Below are positions 1 to 9,260 of a stretch of 45,641 nucleotides of DNA, one piece after another. How positions within the stretch are numbered: position 1 is the first letter of the stretch; each line of letters starts with the position of its first letter. The position numbers and the translations under genes were made by a program. The stretch comes from an archaeon (lineage in GTDB: Archaea; SpSt-1190; DYHY01), in assembly GCA_037442745.1 (NCBI GenBank), contig JBBIPP010000011.1, positions 1 through 45,641 of the forward strand, read 5' to 3'. The notes under the pieces are model-generated. The model did no database searches and was not told the DNA's origin. It saw only the letters and a list, made by a program, of their open reading frames with translations.

Positions 1-457
1 CGGCTTCGGCCGGATATGCCTTTCAGTCATTTTCTAGGAGGGTTTCAACAGTCCCAAGCAGTTACTTGATACCTGGCAATTACGACACAGGCACCGGCCA
101 ATTGGTCAGGTCTTGGGATGCGTTAGATTTCAACCTTCCCGGAAGCTTCGATGTCGAGATTTATTCCGGCGGGAGCGTCCTTTGAGTTGCAGAAAAAATG
201 GACAAAGTCCAGACAGGCTAGGGAGGAATTCTCCTGACAAGAGACGCAACATATTATGTTGATGAAGCGGGAGACTGGTATAAGATTGGCCTCAGCAACG
301 GGCTCCAGGCAGAATGGAGGGCGCCCAATATGCAAGCTCGCTCACATATCCTGTTGCTCCGGATCTGTTCGGCACGCACTTGGAAGCGTCCGCAGGAAGA
401 TCTGGCTATTCGCCCCTGCCGGTAATCAACACTGAAACAATGTTTTCATGTAAATAA
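1..457 (+). pseudogene. 3' part of a probably decayed gene of unknown function
   Basis: Frame +3 is open from the window edge to TGA at 183-185. Protein-like sequence continues past TAG at 219-221 (GGILLTRDATYYVDEAGDWYKIG) and then in a shifted frame to 457. Confidence 0.3.
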
Positions 458-560
458 TCCGCTGGATTTGCGTTCCGCGCCTTAAACTCTAGTGAACTTG
501 GCGAAAACTGTTTGAAGAAGCTCTCTTCCTGAGAGTTTAAACATCCTAAGGAAAAAGACC

Positions 561-839
561 CTATTCTGCCTTTGCCCCTTGCGCCCTCTTCGCTCCGAGG
601 ACAGCATCTTTTTCTTCCCCTTCAACTTCAGGATATCCTGAAAAAACGGACGCATGCTTGAGGAAGAATTCTACAGGAGCCGAGACTATCAGGAAAAGGG
701 AATTCCCTTTCAAGCCAAGAGTTTCCGAGCCAATAAGGTCAATTGACTCCCCCTTGAATTCCTCGTTCTCAAGGAAGTTCTTTCTGACAATTGGTTCCGC
801 TTCCGGGGAAATTAGGAAGACTTTCTCAGCAGTTGCCAT
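561..839 (-). CDS. Hypothetical protein (92 aa) downstream of sepF
   Basis: ATG at 839 lies 4 nt after the sepF stop. Composition is typical of host genes (MATAEKVFLISPE...). Confidence 0.7.
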   Translation of the reverse strand: MATAEKVFLISPEAEPIVRKNFLENEEFKGESIDLIGSETLGLKGNSLFLIVSAPVEFFLKHASVFSGYPEVEGEEKDAVLGAKRAQGAKAE

Positions 840-843
840 TCGC

Positions 844-1251
844 CTAAATGACCCCTTCCTTCCTGACGGAAATCCTCTCAGAAACAACAACGAGCCATTT
901 TGTGTCAAGGCCGAGAATCTCCCCTCCGAGACGGGCAGTAGTTACCTTCACTTTGGAAATCCCCCGCCTAACATCCTCAATGTCCATTATTGCCGAGATG
1001 TTGATTAGAATGAGGTCGTGGGACTGGAGAAGAGTCCTGACAGCGTCCATTTCTTCGGGCTTGGTCGCGGTTATTATTTTCACCTTATAGGGTTTTTTTG
1101 AGCTTCTACTTTCAATTCCCGGCTCATAGGGATTGTTCGCCATTTCCTCTATTGACTCCTCGAAAACCGCGACATATTCTGTCGGTATTTCCCTCTTTTT
1201 CCGGAGGAAAGGGATTCTTTTGGAAAGAGAGGAGGCGTTCAGTTTGACCAT
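844..1251 (-). CDS. sepF: Archaeal cell division protein SepF
   Basis: C-terminal SepF core (VKIITATKPEEMDAVRTLLQSHDLILINI...LGGEILGLDTKWLVV) and a basic/amphipathic N-terminus. Confidence 0.85.
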   Translation of the reverse strand: MVKLNASSLSKRIPFLRKKREIPTEYVAVFEESIEEMANNPYEPGIESRSSKKPYKVKIITATKPEEMDAVRTLLQSHDLILINISAIMDIEDVRRGISKVKVTTARLGGEILGLDTKWLVVVSERISVRKEGVI

Positions 1252-1282
1252 TATACCTTGAGAAACCCGAATGTCCGGGCTT

Positions 1283-2254
1283 TTATAACTTTATTCCATG
1301 AAGGGCAATTCCCGCTTTAACGGCATATTTCTCGGCCGAGGACTGGGCGGGAATATCGCTTTTGGGATAGAAGAAATGGAGATGACAGGGGAGGGAAAGG
1401 AAGCCCGCCTTTTCCCGGAATGAGCGGAGAGCCTGCACGCTTAGGCGTTCGGAGAATTGGCAGAGATTGAGGGCGGAATTCTCCGGCTGGAATGCGACAA
1501 GGTCAATTGAAAACTTTGTTTCAACAAGACCTTTCTTCGGGTCAAGGGAGAATCGCGAGAACCGGAAATTCCTCTCAAAGAGCCCTCCTGGAAACTCCCT
1601 TTCCGCCAGAGGAAAAAAGGTGCGAATTCCCCTTCTTTCAGGGAATTTTCCGGGAAGGGATTTGTCAGATATTGGACGTAATGGGTCGTATAGCGCATTT
1701 CCCCCCGGAAAGATTTTTTCGGAAAGAACGCCGAATTCGAAGAGAGACAGGAGGGATTTTTCAACATTCTTCTTCGGATAGGGGATTTCCGAATATTGCA
1801 GGAAATTCCTCTTTTCCAGGACCGAGAGAATGTGCTTTCCAAGCGAGCCTTCCTTTGAATCCAAAAAAAGGCGTTTTACCTTCTCCCTTGCCTTGTGAAT
1901 GTCAGAATAGAGAAGGCGCCCGTGCCTGACGCGTTTTCCTATCCTTATTGCCTCCTTTGAGCGCGAGAATTTTCCCGAAAATCCAGATTCCAAAAGAGGC
2001 GCAAGAATTCGCCTGACAGATCGTTCGATTGCCCCTTCCGCGCTCTTTTTCGAGAGTGTTCTTCCGAACTGGATTGAATAGAGGCGCTTTAACTCGGAGA
2101 CAGTCTCCTTCCCACCGGAACCCTCGATTGCAAGATTGAAAAGCTCGAGCTCCGTTCTCGGTTCGGTCTCAATCTTCTCTGGAAGGCTTTCTGAAAGTCT
2201 CTTTTCAAGGGAAGCTTCCCACTTGTCGCCCAAATCTATTTTCGCCCGGGGCAT
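1283..2254 (-). CDS. Hypothetical protein, possible winged helix plus C-terminal restriction-endonuclease-like fold
   Basis: 323-aa ORF. SIDLVAFQPENSALNLCQF resembles a degenerate PD-(D/E)XK motif. Confidence 0.65.
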   Translation of the reverse strand: MPRAKIDLGDKWEASLEKRLSESLPEKIETEPRTELELFNLAIEGSGGKETVSELKRLYSIQFGRTLSKKSAEGAIERSVRRILAPLLESGFSGKFSRSKEAIRIGKRVRHGRLLYSDIHKAREKVKRLFLDSKEGSLGKHILSVLEKRNFLQYSEIPYPKKNVEKSLLSLFEFGVLSEKIFPGGNALYDPLRPISDKSLPGKFPERRGIRTFFPLAEREFPGGLFERNFRFSRFSLDPKKGLVETKFSIDLVAFQPENSALNLCQFSERLSVQALRSFREKAGFLSLPCHLHFFYPKSDIPAQSSAEKYAVKAGIALHGIKL

Positions 2255-2344
2255 TGGCGAAGAGGAGGCAATTCCAGATTATTAACCTTATCGGGAGATT
2301 TTTCCAAAAATGCTATATAGTTATTTCTGGGAGTTCTTGGAATT

Positions 2345-2551
2345 ATGGCGGACACCGGGACAATCGGAATTCAGATCAAGACTGGCGGAAAGGCAGCTAC
2401 TGTCACAGGGATTTTGAGGAATTCGGGTGACCGGATAATTCTCACAACAGAGAATCCGGGAGTCGAAATAAGCTTCAACTATCTCCAGATGCTAGAGTTC
2501 CTTTATTCAGTCGAACGGGAACAGAAAAAGCTCAAAATGAAGAGAATGTAG
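2345..2551 (+). CDS. Small hypothetical protein
   Basis: 68-aa ORF with a TATA-like CTATATAG about 30 bp upstream. It sits directly upstream of the next gene. Confidence 0.65.
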   Translation: MADTGTIGIQIKTGGKAATVTGILRNSGDRIILTTENPGVEISFNYLQMLEFLYSVEREQKKLKMKRM

Positions 2552-2557
2552 GGAAAA

Positions 2558-3016
2558 ATGGTTTTCGAAGGGGAGCTTGTAATTGTCCTAAACGAACCCT
2601 ACGACCGGGAGGAATGCCTCGCGTTCTCGAAAACAGTGTTCGAATTCCCGGCAACGACCTTTGTGCTCTGCAACGTACCGCCGTCGAGCGCGAAAACAGT
2701 CGAAGAGGTGAACGTTATTGCGACAACCCTCGGGAGGAGCGTTCTATCAGTTCCTCACTGGAGTGAAGTTGTGGAAATGTTCCGGCCAGAGAAAACATTC
2801 TACTTCGACAACAAAGTGAAGAGGCATATTGAAGCTGGAAAGCTCTCGGAACCCCTAAAGGCCGACAAGGTGGTTGTCATTGTATTTGGAAGCTTGCCAG
2901 TCAAGGGAATTAACCATATCGGGCTCTCCCACAAGCTCTCCCTTCCAGCAGCAGTCTCAATTGTCCTCTACCTGATTGAGGAAGCGCTCAATCCGGCAGG
3001 ACCCTTGAATCTCTAA
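2558..3016 (+). CDS. SPOUT/SpoU-like protein (DUF2122/COG4080-like)
   Basis: N-terminal VIVLNE, central 'vls...EVVEMFRPE', VVIVFG and the C-terminal LSLPAAVSIVLY helix match the archaeal SpoU-like family from memory. Confidence 0.6.
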   Translation: MVFEGELVIVLNEPYDREECLAFSKTVFEFPATTFVLCNVPPSSAKTVEEVNVIATTLGRSVLSVPHWSEVVEMFRPEKTFYFDNKVKRHIEAGKLSEPLKADKVVVIVFGSLPVKGINHIGLSHKLSLPAAVSIVLYLIEEALNPAGPLNL

Positions 3017-3251
3017 TCCTCTTCCGAGGACTTTTCGGAAAAGTGGTTCTCTGGTTGGCGGGGCAGTCAAAATTTGCCGGATTTCTCTCACGTTTTGGTT
3101 AATTGGCAGCTCAAGAATTCCGCCAATCATTTAGTGAGTCCTCTGGACGCACGTGGTGGAATCGGGATTATCCTCCAGTGTCCGAAAACGCGGATCCGCG
3201 CCTCCGCACAGGAAAAACTAAAGGGGGCAACGACCATGTTGTTAGATGAAG

Positions 3252-3324
3252 TGGGCCCGGCCGGAATTGAACCGGCGGCCTGCGCTGTGTGAGAGCGCTG
3301 TCATAACCACTAGACCACGGACCC
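3252..3324 (-). tRNA. tRNA-Val(CAC)
   Basis: GGGTCCGTGGTCTAGTGGTTATGACA-GCGCT-CTCACAC-AGCGC-AGGCCGCCGGTTCAATTCCGGCCGGGCCCA forms a full cloverleaf. CCA is not encoded. Confidence 0.95.
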
Positions 3325-3749
3325 GTACATATTTCCGGACTTTCAGTCCGGCAATTTCTTGGCTCAGCAAAGAGCCCACTGTTTTTGAAAAGGAAAAATC
3401 GTTCTTTTTAAGCAATTTCATTGGAAAGTGGGTTGGGGAGGCGTCCCTCTGGGTAGTTCTTCGCCCGTTCCGGGACGCCTGGCCACTTCCCCAATCAGCT
3501 CTGTTTTTTCCCTAGCCACCCCAATAGGGGAAGATCGTGGGTTTCCCCTGTTGAACCCAAAGTTCCGTGGCGGGACTGAGCCATCTGAAGCTCCTCCTCC
3601 AAAGCACCTTTTCCGTTGCCCCGGAGTTGTGTGTCAGTGACCAATTGGAAATATGTTATCTTCGCTAATAAACCTTTTCACCTGTTTTCCGGTAAGAAAT
3701 ATCGGTATAATTTACCGAAACTCCTCAGAAATACTGGCGGAGCCTTAAA

Positions 3750-4097
3750 TCAGGAGGCGAATTTTGGAAGGACGATTTTCTCCTTTTCGGCAAGCGGACG
3801 GGCGGTCTCTATCCCCTTTTCCGCATATATGTAGATGTTATTGCCTATAATGTCCCTTGCATAGTTGATAATTTCCGAGAAAAATTCGGAAAGAGTCTGC
3901 GCCTTTTCGGTTTTCGTCCCGTCTTTCAGCTCAATTGACATTTCATAGCGGGTGTATGAGAGAGATTTTACCCTGTCCGAGAATTTTTCTTGGGCTGAGG
4001 CAACAGCATGGAAAGCGAGGGAGGGTCCTGCCATCCTGCAGACCATCTCAAGAGTCTCCTTAATTATTTCTGAATATATTTTCTCAGTCAGGTCCAT
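3750..4097 (-). CDS. Hypothetical helical cytoplasmic protein
   Basis: 115-aa ORF, last of three tightly spaced minus-strand genes. Confidence 0.75.
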   Translation of the reverse strand: MDLTEKIYSEIIKETLEMVCRMAGPSLAFHAVASAQEKFSDRVKSLSYTRYEMSIELKDGTKTEKAQTLSEFFSEIINYARDIIGNNIYIYAEKGIETARPLAEKEKIVLPKFAS

Positions 4098-4100
4098 TCC

Positions 4101-4388
4101 CTAGAAAACCTCCGAAATTTCCTTGAAAAAGAGGAAGAGGAAAAACCCGGCGATTATTATTGATATTTTCTTCGTCGCCTCGTATATGAATATGTTCATG
4201 TATCCGGTCGCTGCGAAAGCGCCTATAAAGGACGATAGCGTGAAGAGAATGCCCGCAATCGGGAGAATTGTCCACATTAGCCTCCTTGATCCCTTGGCGA
4301 GCTTCTTCACGTTGAAGGAGAATATTGTCGCAAGAAGGAAGCAGGAAAAGACAAGGGCGGAAATTATAACTGATATTGAGTCAGCCAT
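4101..4388 (-). CDS. Small membrane protein (about 3 TM)
   Basis: 95 aa with three hydrophobic stretches; 3-5 bp gaps to its neighbours. Confidence 0.75.
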   Translation of the reverse strand: MADSISVIISALVFSCFLLATIFSFNVKKLAKGSRRLMWTILPIAGILFTLSSFIGAFAATGYMNIFIYEATKKISIIIAGFFLFLFFKEISEVF

Positions 4389-4393
4389 TTCTC

Positions 4394-4720
4394 TCAGCGC
4401 CCCTCCACAGGCTTTAGGAACGATTCAAGGAGGCTCTTTGTTGCAATCAGGAAAGTTACGGCGGAAACCAGATAAATTGTGTTCGATAGGACCCATAAGG
4501 GGGAGCCTTGGAGGAAAATCCTCTCCTGAATTGGGCCGACCAGGCGGACGAGGTCAATTAGGTGATGGAATGCCATTATCAGGGCGGATATTGAAAACAT
4601 TATCCAGGCGTTCGCAATCCGAAAGACCCCCACCTTGTTTGCAAGCTTCCCGGAATATACTGCAAGGAAGGAGAACTCTAGCGCTATTATTATGTCGAAT
4701 ATCGCATCGAGCGCAACCAT
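4394..4720 (-). CDS. Small membrane protein (about 3 TM)
   Basis: Likely start ATG at 4720 (MVALDAIFDIIIAL). Hydrophobic helices, including AFHHLID. Confidence 0.7.
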   Translation of the reverse strand: MVALDAIFDIIIALEFSFLAVYSGKLANKVGVFRIANAWIMFSISALIMAFHHLIDLVRLVGPIQERIFLQGSPLWVLSNTIYLVSAVTFLIATKSLLESFLKPVEGR

Positions 4721-4857
4721 TGGGTGGATTCTCGGCTTTTCAGGATATATAATCTTTGTCCGGGATGGCTCGGGGAAGAGAGCGACTGGCGGAAGATGGG
4801 TTACTTTTCCGGCAAAAGCCCGATTTTTATAAAGGAAAGGTTCCAATATTCCGCAAA

Positions 4858-5739
4858 ATGGCCTTGAAGAAATATGCTCTTACCGCTATCGGGATTTTTT
4901 CCGAAGATTTCTCCGAAATGAGGCCCCTTCCTTCCGGCTGGGAGAACGCTATTGAATCTGGGAACGGAAAGTGGCTTCTCGGGAAGAATTCCGAGGCTGC
5001 TGATCCGGGTTTTGACATACTTTTCGCTGGCGAAAGGAACGGGATTGAGAAGAGGACTGCCCTTGTGTCCCTACGGAAAGCCGCCCTTGAGATAAGCGCC
5101 CGGAAGCTCCGGAAAAACGTTGGCCTCGACTATCTTCTTATAAACGAGATAAATTCCCTAGACGACCTGAACGTAATACTAAACTCCCTTGTCACAAGGC
5201 TAAAGGAGCTCTGGGGCCTCTATTACCCGGAAATGGAAGCGTCGGACAACAAGGCTTTCGCGAGGAAAGTCTCTGAAGGAACGGAAAGACCGGAGAGCTC
5301 GATTGGAGCGAAAATCCCAAAAGACGAGCTCGAGAAAATCTCGTCCTTTGCCAAGGCAATACTCGGGCTCTATTCCGAAAAGGAGGCAATTGAGAAGAAT
5401 GTTGATGCTCTTGCCGAAAAGCTCGCTCCGGCAACATCCAAAGCCTGCGGGGGGGGAACACTTGCGGCTCGCCTGATTGCGCGGGCGGGCAATTTGGGGA
5501 AGCTAGCATTCATGCCGTCCAGCACAATACAGGTCCTCGGCGCGGAAAAGGCTCTGTTCAAGCATCTGACAAGGGGCGTCCCCTGCCCAAAGCACGGGAT
5601 AATTTTCCAGCACCAATCAATACAGGGAGCTCCGAAGGAGAAGCGCGGGAAATTCGCAAGGGAGATTGCCGGGAAAATCTCAATTGCCGCAAGAGTCGAC
5701 TTTTTCTCGGGCCCAATGAGCGGGTTGGCAAAAGAATAA
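4858..5739 (+). CDS. nop5: Box C/D sRNP protein Nop5 (Nop56/58)
   Basis: LKELWGLYYPE, LAFMPSSTIQVLGAEKALF, PKHGIIFQH and IAGKISIAARVDFF motifs. Start taken as ATG 4858 after a TTTTATAA box. Confidence 0.95.
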   Translation: MALKKYALTAIGIFSEDFSEMRPLPSGWENAIESGNGKWLLGKNSEAADPGFDILFAGERNGIEKRTALVSLRKAALEISARKLRKNVGLDYLLINEINSLDDLNVILNSLVTRLKELWGLYYPEMEASDNKAFARKVSEGTERPESSIGAKIPKDELEKISSFAKAILGLYSEKEAIEKNVDALAEKLAPATSKACGGGTLAARLIARAGNLGKLAFMPSSTIQVLGAEKALFKHLTRGVPCPKHGIIFQHQSIQGAPKEKRGKFAREIAGKISIAARVDFFSGPMSGLAKE

Positions 5740-5757
5740 AAGGCGGAGAATGAGAAA

Positions 5758-6039
5758 ATGGAAATAAAAATGGCGAAAGGGGGCGGAAGCAAATTAATTG
5801 GAAAATACGCAAAGCCAGTAAAGGAAATGAACTTCCTCGAGAAAGTATTTTTGGGCGCTGTGGGGATTGTCGGCTTTGTGAACCTTGGCTTTATCGGAAT
5901 GATTGCGAAATCAATGTATCTTAACAAGACAGTTGCACCGGAATTCTTCAACGGGATTATTCTCGCGCTAATCCTCCAAGCAGTTCTGATTAACACGATT
6001 TTTGTCTGGAAAATCTCCGACAAAATGGGCGCAGAATAG
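5758..6039 (+). CDS. Small 2-TM membrane protein
   Basis: 93-aa ORF between nop5 and fibrillarin with two hydrophobic segments. Confidence 0.65.
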   Translation: MEIKMAKGGGSKLIGKYAKPVKEMNFLEKVFLGAVGIVGFVNLGFIGMIAKSMYLNKTVAPEFFNGIILALILQAVLINTIFVWKISDKMGAE

Positions 6040-6064
6040 ATAGGAAACGCGCGGGGTTTTTCAT

Positions 6065-6817
6065 ATGGAGAAAAGGCAAGGAGCGTCCCGCCCGAAGAAA
6101 AAATTCTTTCCGAGAAGCGGGGGATTTCAAGAAAGAAAGGAGTCCGCCAGGCTCCATTTGCCCCCGAACACAATTTCCCTTGCTTGGTCGGACATTGCAA
6201 CTGAAAACCTTGTCATTGACCAGAAAGTCTATGACGAGGATTTCGTGAAAAGGGACGGCAAGCAGTACCGCAAATGGAATCCGAAGAAAAGCAAGCTGTG
6301 CGCGGCAATTCTCAAGGGAATGAAAATAGAGCTGAAGGAGGATTTCCTAGTCCTCTATCTAGGGGTATCGTCAGGAACGACAGCATCCCATTTCTCGGAC
6401 ATTTGCAAGGACGGGATGATTTTCGGGGTCGATCCAGCCCCGAGGGTTTTTAGGGATTTCTACCTCCTCTCAAAGACTAGGGAGAACCTCTCCCCGATAT
6501 TTTCCGGAGCGGAACACGTCTCGGAATATTCGCCCCTCGTGCCAAAAGTCGATTTCGTCTATCAGGATGTTGCCCAGAGGGACCAGCCAGAAATCTTCCT
6601 GAAGAACTGCAGGGCTTTTCTGAAGGAAGGGGGAAGGGGCCTCCTGATTGTAAAGGCTCGCTCAATTGATGTAAAAAGGACGCCCACGGCCGTTTTCTCC
6701 GATGTCAAAGGAAAGCTCGAATCCGCAGGGATGAAAATAATTGAGGAGAGACGGCTTGAGCCTTTCGAGCGCGACCATGTTGCGCTCTACTGCGAGTTCG
6801 CTCCTAGGAGGAAATGA
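6065..6817 (+). CDS. flpA: Fibrillarin-like rRNA/tRNA 2'-O-methyltransferase
   Basis: YRKWNPKKSKL, VLYLGVSSGTTASHFSD, YQDVAQRDQ, KARSID and LEPFERDH motifs. Confidence 0.97.
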   Translation: MEKRQGASRPKKKFFPRSGGFQERKESARLHLPPNTISLAWSDIATENLVIDQKVYDEDFVKRDGKQYRKWNPKKSKLCAAILKGMKIELKEDFLVLYLGVSSGTTASHFSDICKDGMIFGVDPAPRVFRDFYLLSKTRENLSPIFSGAEHVSEYSPLVPKVDFVYQDVAQRDQPEIFLKNCRAFLKEGGRGLLIVKARSIDVKRTPTAVFSDVKGKLESAGMKIIEERRLEPFERDHVALYCEFAPRRK

Positions 6818-6824
6818 TACTTTT

Positions 6825-8126
6825 TTGGGGACAGAGAGCCAGGTAAGGATAATACTAATTAGGCACGGGGAGGCTGTCCACAACAAGAGGAAGGCTTTTG
6901 CCGGGAAAATAGACTCTCCCCTGACTGAACTTGGGAGAAAGCAGGCAGAGAAGCTCGGGAACTTTTTCAGGGAAACCGGGTTCTCGAGAATCTACGCATC
7001 CCCACTGAGGAGGGCGCTAGACACTGCGCTCGAAATTGAGAGAAAGAATTCGAAAGGGGCGAGAGTAGAGATTGTCCCGGAATTGATTGAGAAATATTCT
7101 GGGAGGCTCGAAGGAAAGGAGCACAGGCAAGTCTCTGGGGAGATCTGGAAGAAGATGAGGAAGCATCCCGCGGACATTTTCGAGAGAATAGAGGGCGGGG
7201 AATCGATGGAGGATGTGAGGAAGAGGATCGCCCCAATTGCAAAGGCGCTCCTCTCCGAGAAATCCGGGACTTTTGGCATTGTCGCCCACGGGGGGACTGT
7301 CAGGGCGCTCTTTTCAGAACTAACAGGGTTCCCGCTGAACTACTCCGTTCCTTTCAAGTTCGACAACTGCTCGGTAACGGACATTGTTGTTGACAGGAAG
7401 CTCTCTAGGATTTTTGCTGCGTCGGTCAATTCGACGAGCCATCTGATGGAAGCATCCCCTGAAAAAAGAAAAAAGAGGCGCTTTGAGACAAGGCTCCTTC
7501 TGATACGGCACGGGAAAACCAAATTCAACAGCCGGCTGCTTATGCAGGGGAAGAGCAACATACCACTCTCTGAAGAGGGCTTTGAGCAGGCAAGGGCTCT
7601 TGGAAAATTCCTCTCAGGGGAGAGGATTGAGCGCATATACACTTCCCCATTGAAGCGGGCTTTTGATACTGCGCAAGTCGTTTCCAAAAGTCAACGGGGG
7701 AGGAGGGTTCAGGTAACCTCCAGTCCCCTCCTTATTGAGCGGGATTTCGGAAAGTTCGAAGGCAAGCCCCTGACAGAGTGGATTTCCTGGAGGGAAAAAT
7801 CTGGGCGCTCGGATTACACTGACAAGAGCCACAGGGGCGATAGCCAAAAGGATGTTGAAAAAAGGGTTGAAAAGTTCCTAAAGGAGGAAATTCTCGGGAA
7901 AAACCGGGGAAAAACAGTTGCAATTGTCTCCCACGGGAACACTCTGCGGGTTTTAATATCCAAAATACTAGGAGTCCATCCGGAAAAGACCAGACCATTC
8001 TTCACAGGGAACGCAAAGTTCACTGAAATAATAATTTCGGATGAGAGGGGGAGCGCCCCGAGAGTGCATTATTTCAACGAAGGGGCGCATTTGTCCGGCC
8101 AAATTGAAAAGGAGCCTGAAGAATAA
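6825..8126 (+). CDS. Tandem two-domain histidine phosphatase (phosphoglycerate mutase family)
   Basis: Two RHG...SPLxRA...E...HG domains. Likely TTG start at 6825 after AGGAGG. Confidence 0.9.
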   Translation: MGTESQVRIILIRHGEAVHNKRKAFAGKIDSPLTELGRKQAEKLGNFFRETGFSRIYASPLRRALDTALEIERKNSKGARVEIVPELIEKYSGRLEGKEHRQVSGEIWKKMRKHPADIFERIEGGESMEDVRKRIAPIAKALLSEKSGTFGIVAHGGTVRALFSELTGFPLNYSVPFKFDNCSVTDIVVDRKLSRIFAASVNSTSHLMEASPEKRKKRRFETRLLLIRHGKTKFNSRLLMQGKSNIPLSEEGFEQARALGKFLSGERIERIYTSPLKRAFDTAQVVSKSQRGRRVQVTSSPLLIERDFGKFEGKPLTEWISWREKSGRSDYTDKSHRGDSQKDVEKRVEKFLKEEILGKNRGKTVAIVSHGNTLRVLISKILGVHPEKTRPFFTGNAKFTEIIISDERGSAPRVHYFNEGAHLSGQIEKEPEE

Positions 8127-8156
8127 GGGGCTGATTTCTGAAAGGGCGGGGAACGA

Positions 8157-9161
8157 TTAGGGCTCTATCTTTGTTTTCAGGTATTCTAGGAAACTCTCCA
8201 AGCTCTTTTTCGGAAGAGTCCCGCCTCCTGCTTCCGGATGCCCGCCCCCATAGGGAGCAATCAGAGAGGGGATTTTTCCGGGGCCTCTCATTGAGAAATC
8301 AATTTTCCCCGGAGAATTCGCCTTTGAATAGACAAGGACATATTTCCCCGGTCGCTCAATTTTCAAGCGCTGGATAACTTCCCTCCGTATGTTGTATTTC
8401 GAATTTATCTCATAGATTTCGAACCTCTTTCCGGAATATTTTGCTCTGGCTTTTCCAAGGGTTCCTGAGACCTCTGAAAATATCTTCTCAGAAGCCTTGA
8501 GAAGCAGGCGGGACTCGGGGGATTTTCCTTCAAGGAAATCGTGCGGAGTAATTGATTTCATCAGGGCTTTTAGGGCAATTATTGAGCCTTTCTTGTCCCC
8601 ATATACCTTCACTCCAGCCTCAATTGCGAAACCTATCCGGCCGGCATCTGAATAGAGATAGAGGGTTTCCTGCGTCCCGCGCCAGCCATAGGGCTTCCAC
8701 ATCCTGTTCGCAAAGGAATTGAGAATGGGAACGCCCCAATCGTCGACAACTCCAACGAACGCCTGCCAGTCCCTTCCTCCGAAGAGGACATATGTCTGGT
8801 AGGAAACTGGATAGGGCGGGAGCTTCTTGAACCTTGGATTGAGGTGTATTACTCCGGGGGCAATTATCGGCTCCTGCTCGTGGTGGTCAATTATTGTCGT
8901 TTTTTCCGAGAGGCCGACAATTTCCTTCTCAGTAACGCTTGAGAGGTCAAGGACATATGCGCGGGAGAATTTGCCCCTGGCTTTCCAGAAAGTTCCGGGA
9001 ATTTCAGCATTGCTCCTTATTGGGAAAAGGGACGGCATCCGAAAGGACCTGCCATTGTCCGATTTCAGGGAGAGTATTATGTTAACTGCAGAGACAATCC
9101 CGTCCGGGTCAGCGTGGAAGAATATTGCAATCCCCTTTCCGGAAGAGAATGATTTTGCCAT
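8157..9161 (-). CDS. DHH/DHHA1 family phosphoesterase (RecJ/NrnA-like)
   Basis: HADPDG, VLDLS, IDHH and GGGHPEAGG motifs. Confidence 0.88.
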   Translation of the reverse strand: MAKSFSSGKGIAIFFHADPDGIVSAVNIILSLKSDNGRSFRMPSLFPIRSNAEIPGTFWKARGKFSRAYVLDLSSVTEKEIVGLSEKTTIIDHHEQEPIIAPGVIHLNPRFKKLPPYPVSYQTYVLFGGRDWQAFVGVVDDWGVPILNSFANRMWKPYGWRGTQETLYLYSDAGRIGFAIEAGVKVYGDKKGSIIALKALMKSITPHDFLEGKSPESRLLLKASEKIFSEVSGTLGKARAKYSGKRFEIYEINSKYNIRREVIQRLKIERPGKYVLVYSKANSPGKIDFSMRGPGKIPSLIAPYGGGHPEAGGGTLPKKSLESFLEYLKTKIEP

Positions 9162-9260
9162 AGCTGGAAGGTTATCTCACCCGGTATTTTAGTTTTTCCT
9201 GAAAATTGGGTTAAAGCTTGCTAATTTGGGTTCTTTGGAATTATCCCAAAAAAGAGGCCA

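Noticed and set aside
3325-3750. RNase P RNA or SRP RNA
   Set aside because: I could not find the GAGGAAnnUC / ACAGAA..GGCUUA P4 motifs or the SRP helix-8 CAGG..GGAA..AGCAG motif.
5370-6200. Long antisense or overlapping ORFs (e.g. 5370-6200, 4123-4752, 43894-44469, 43227-43478)
   Set aside because: They are shadows of well-supported genes on the opposite strand or in another frame, with no motifs of their own.
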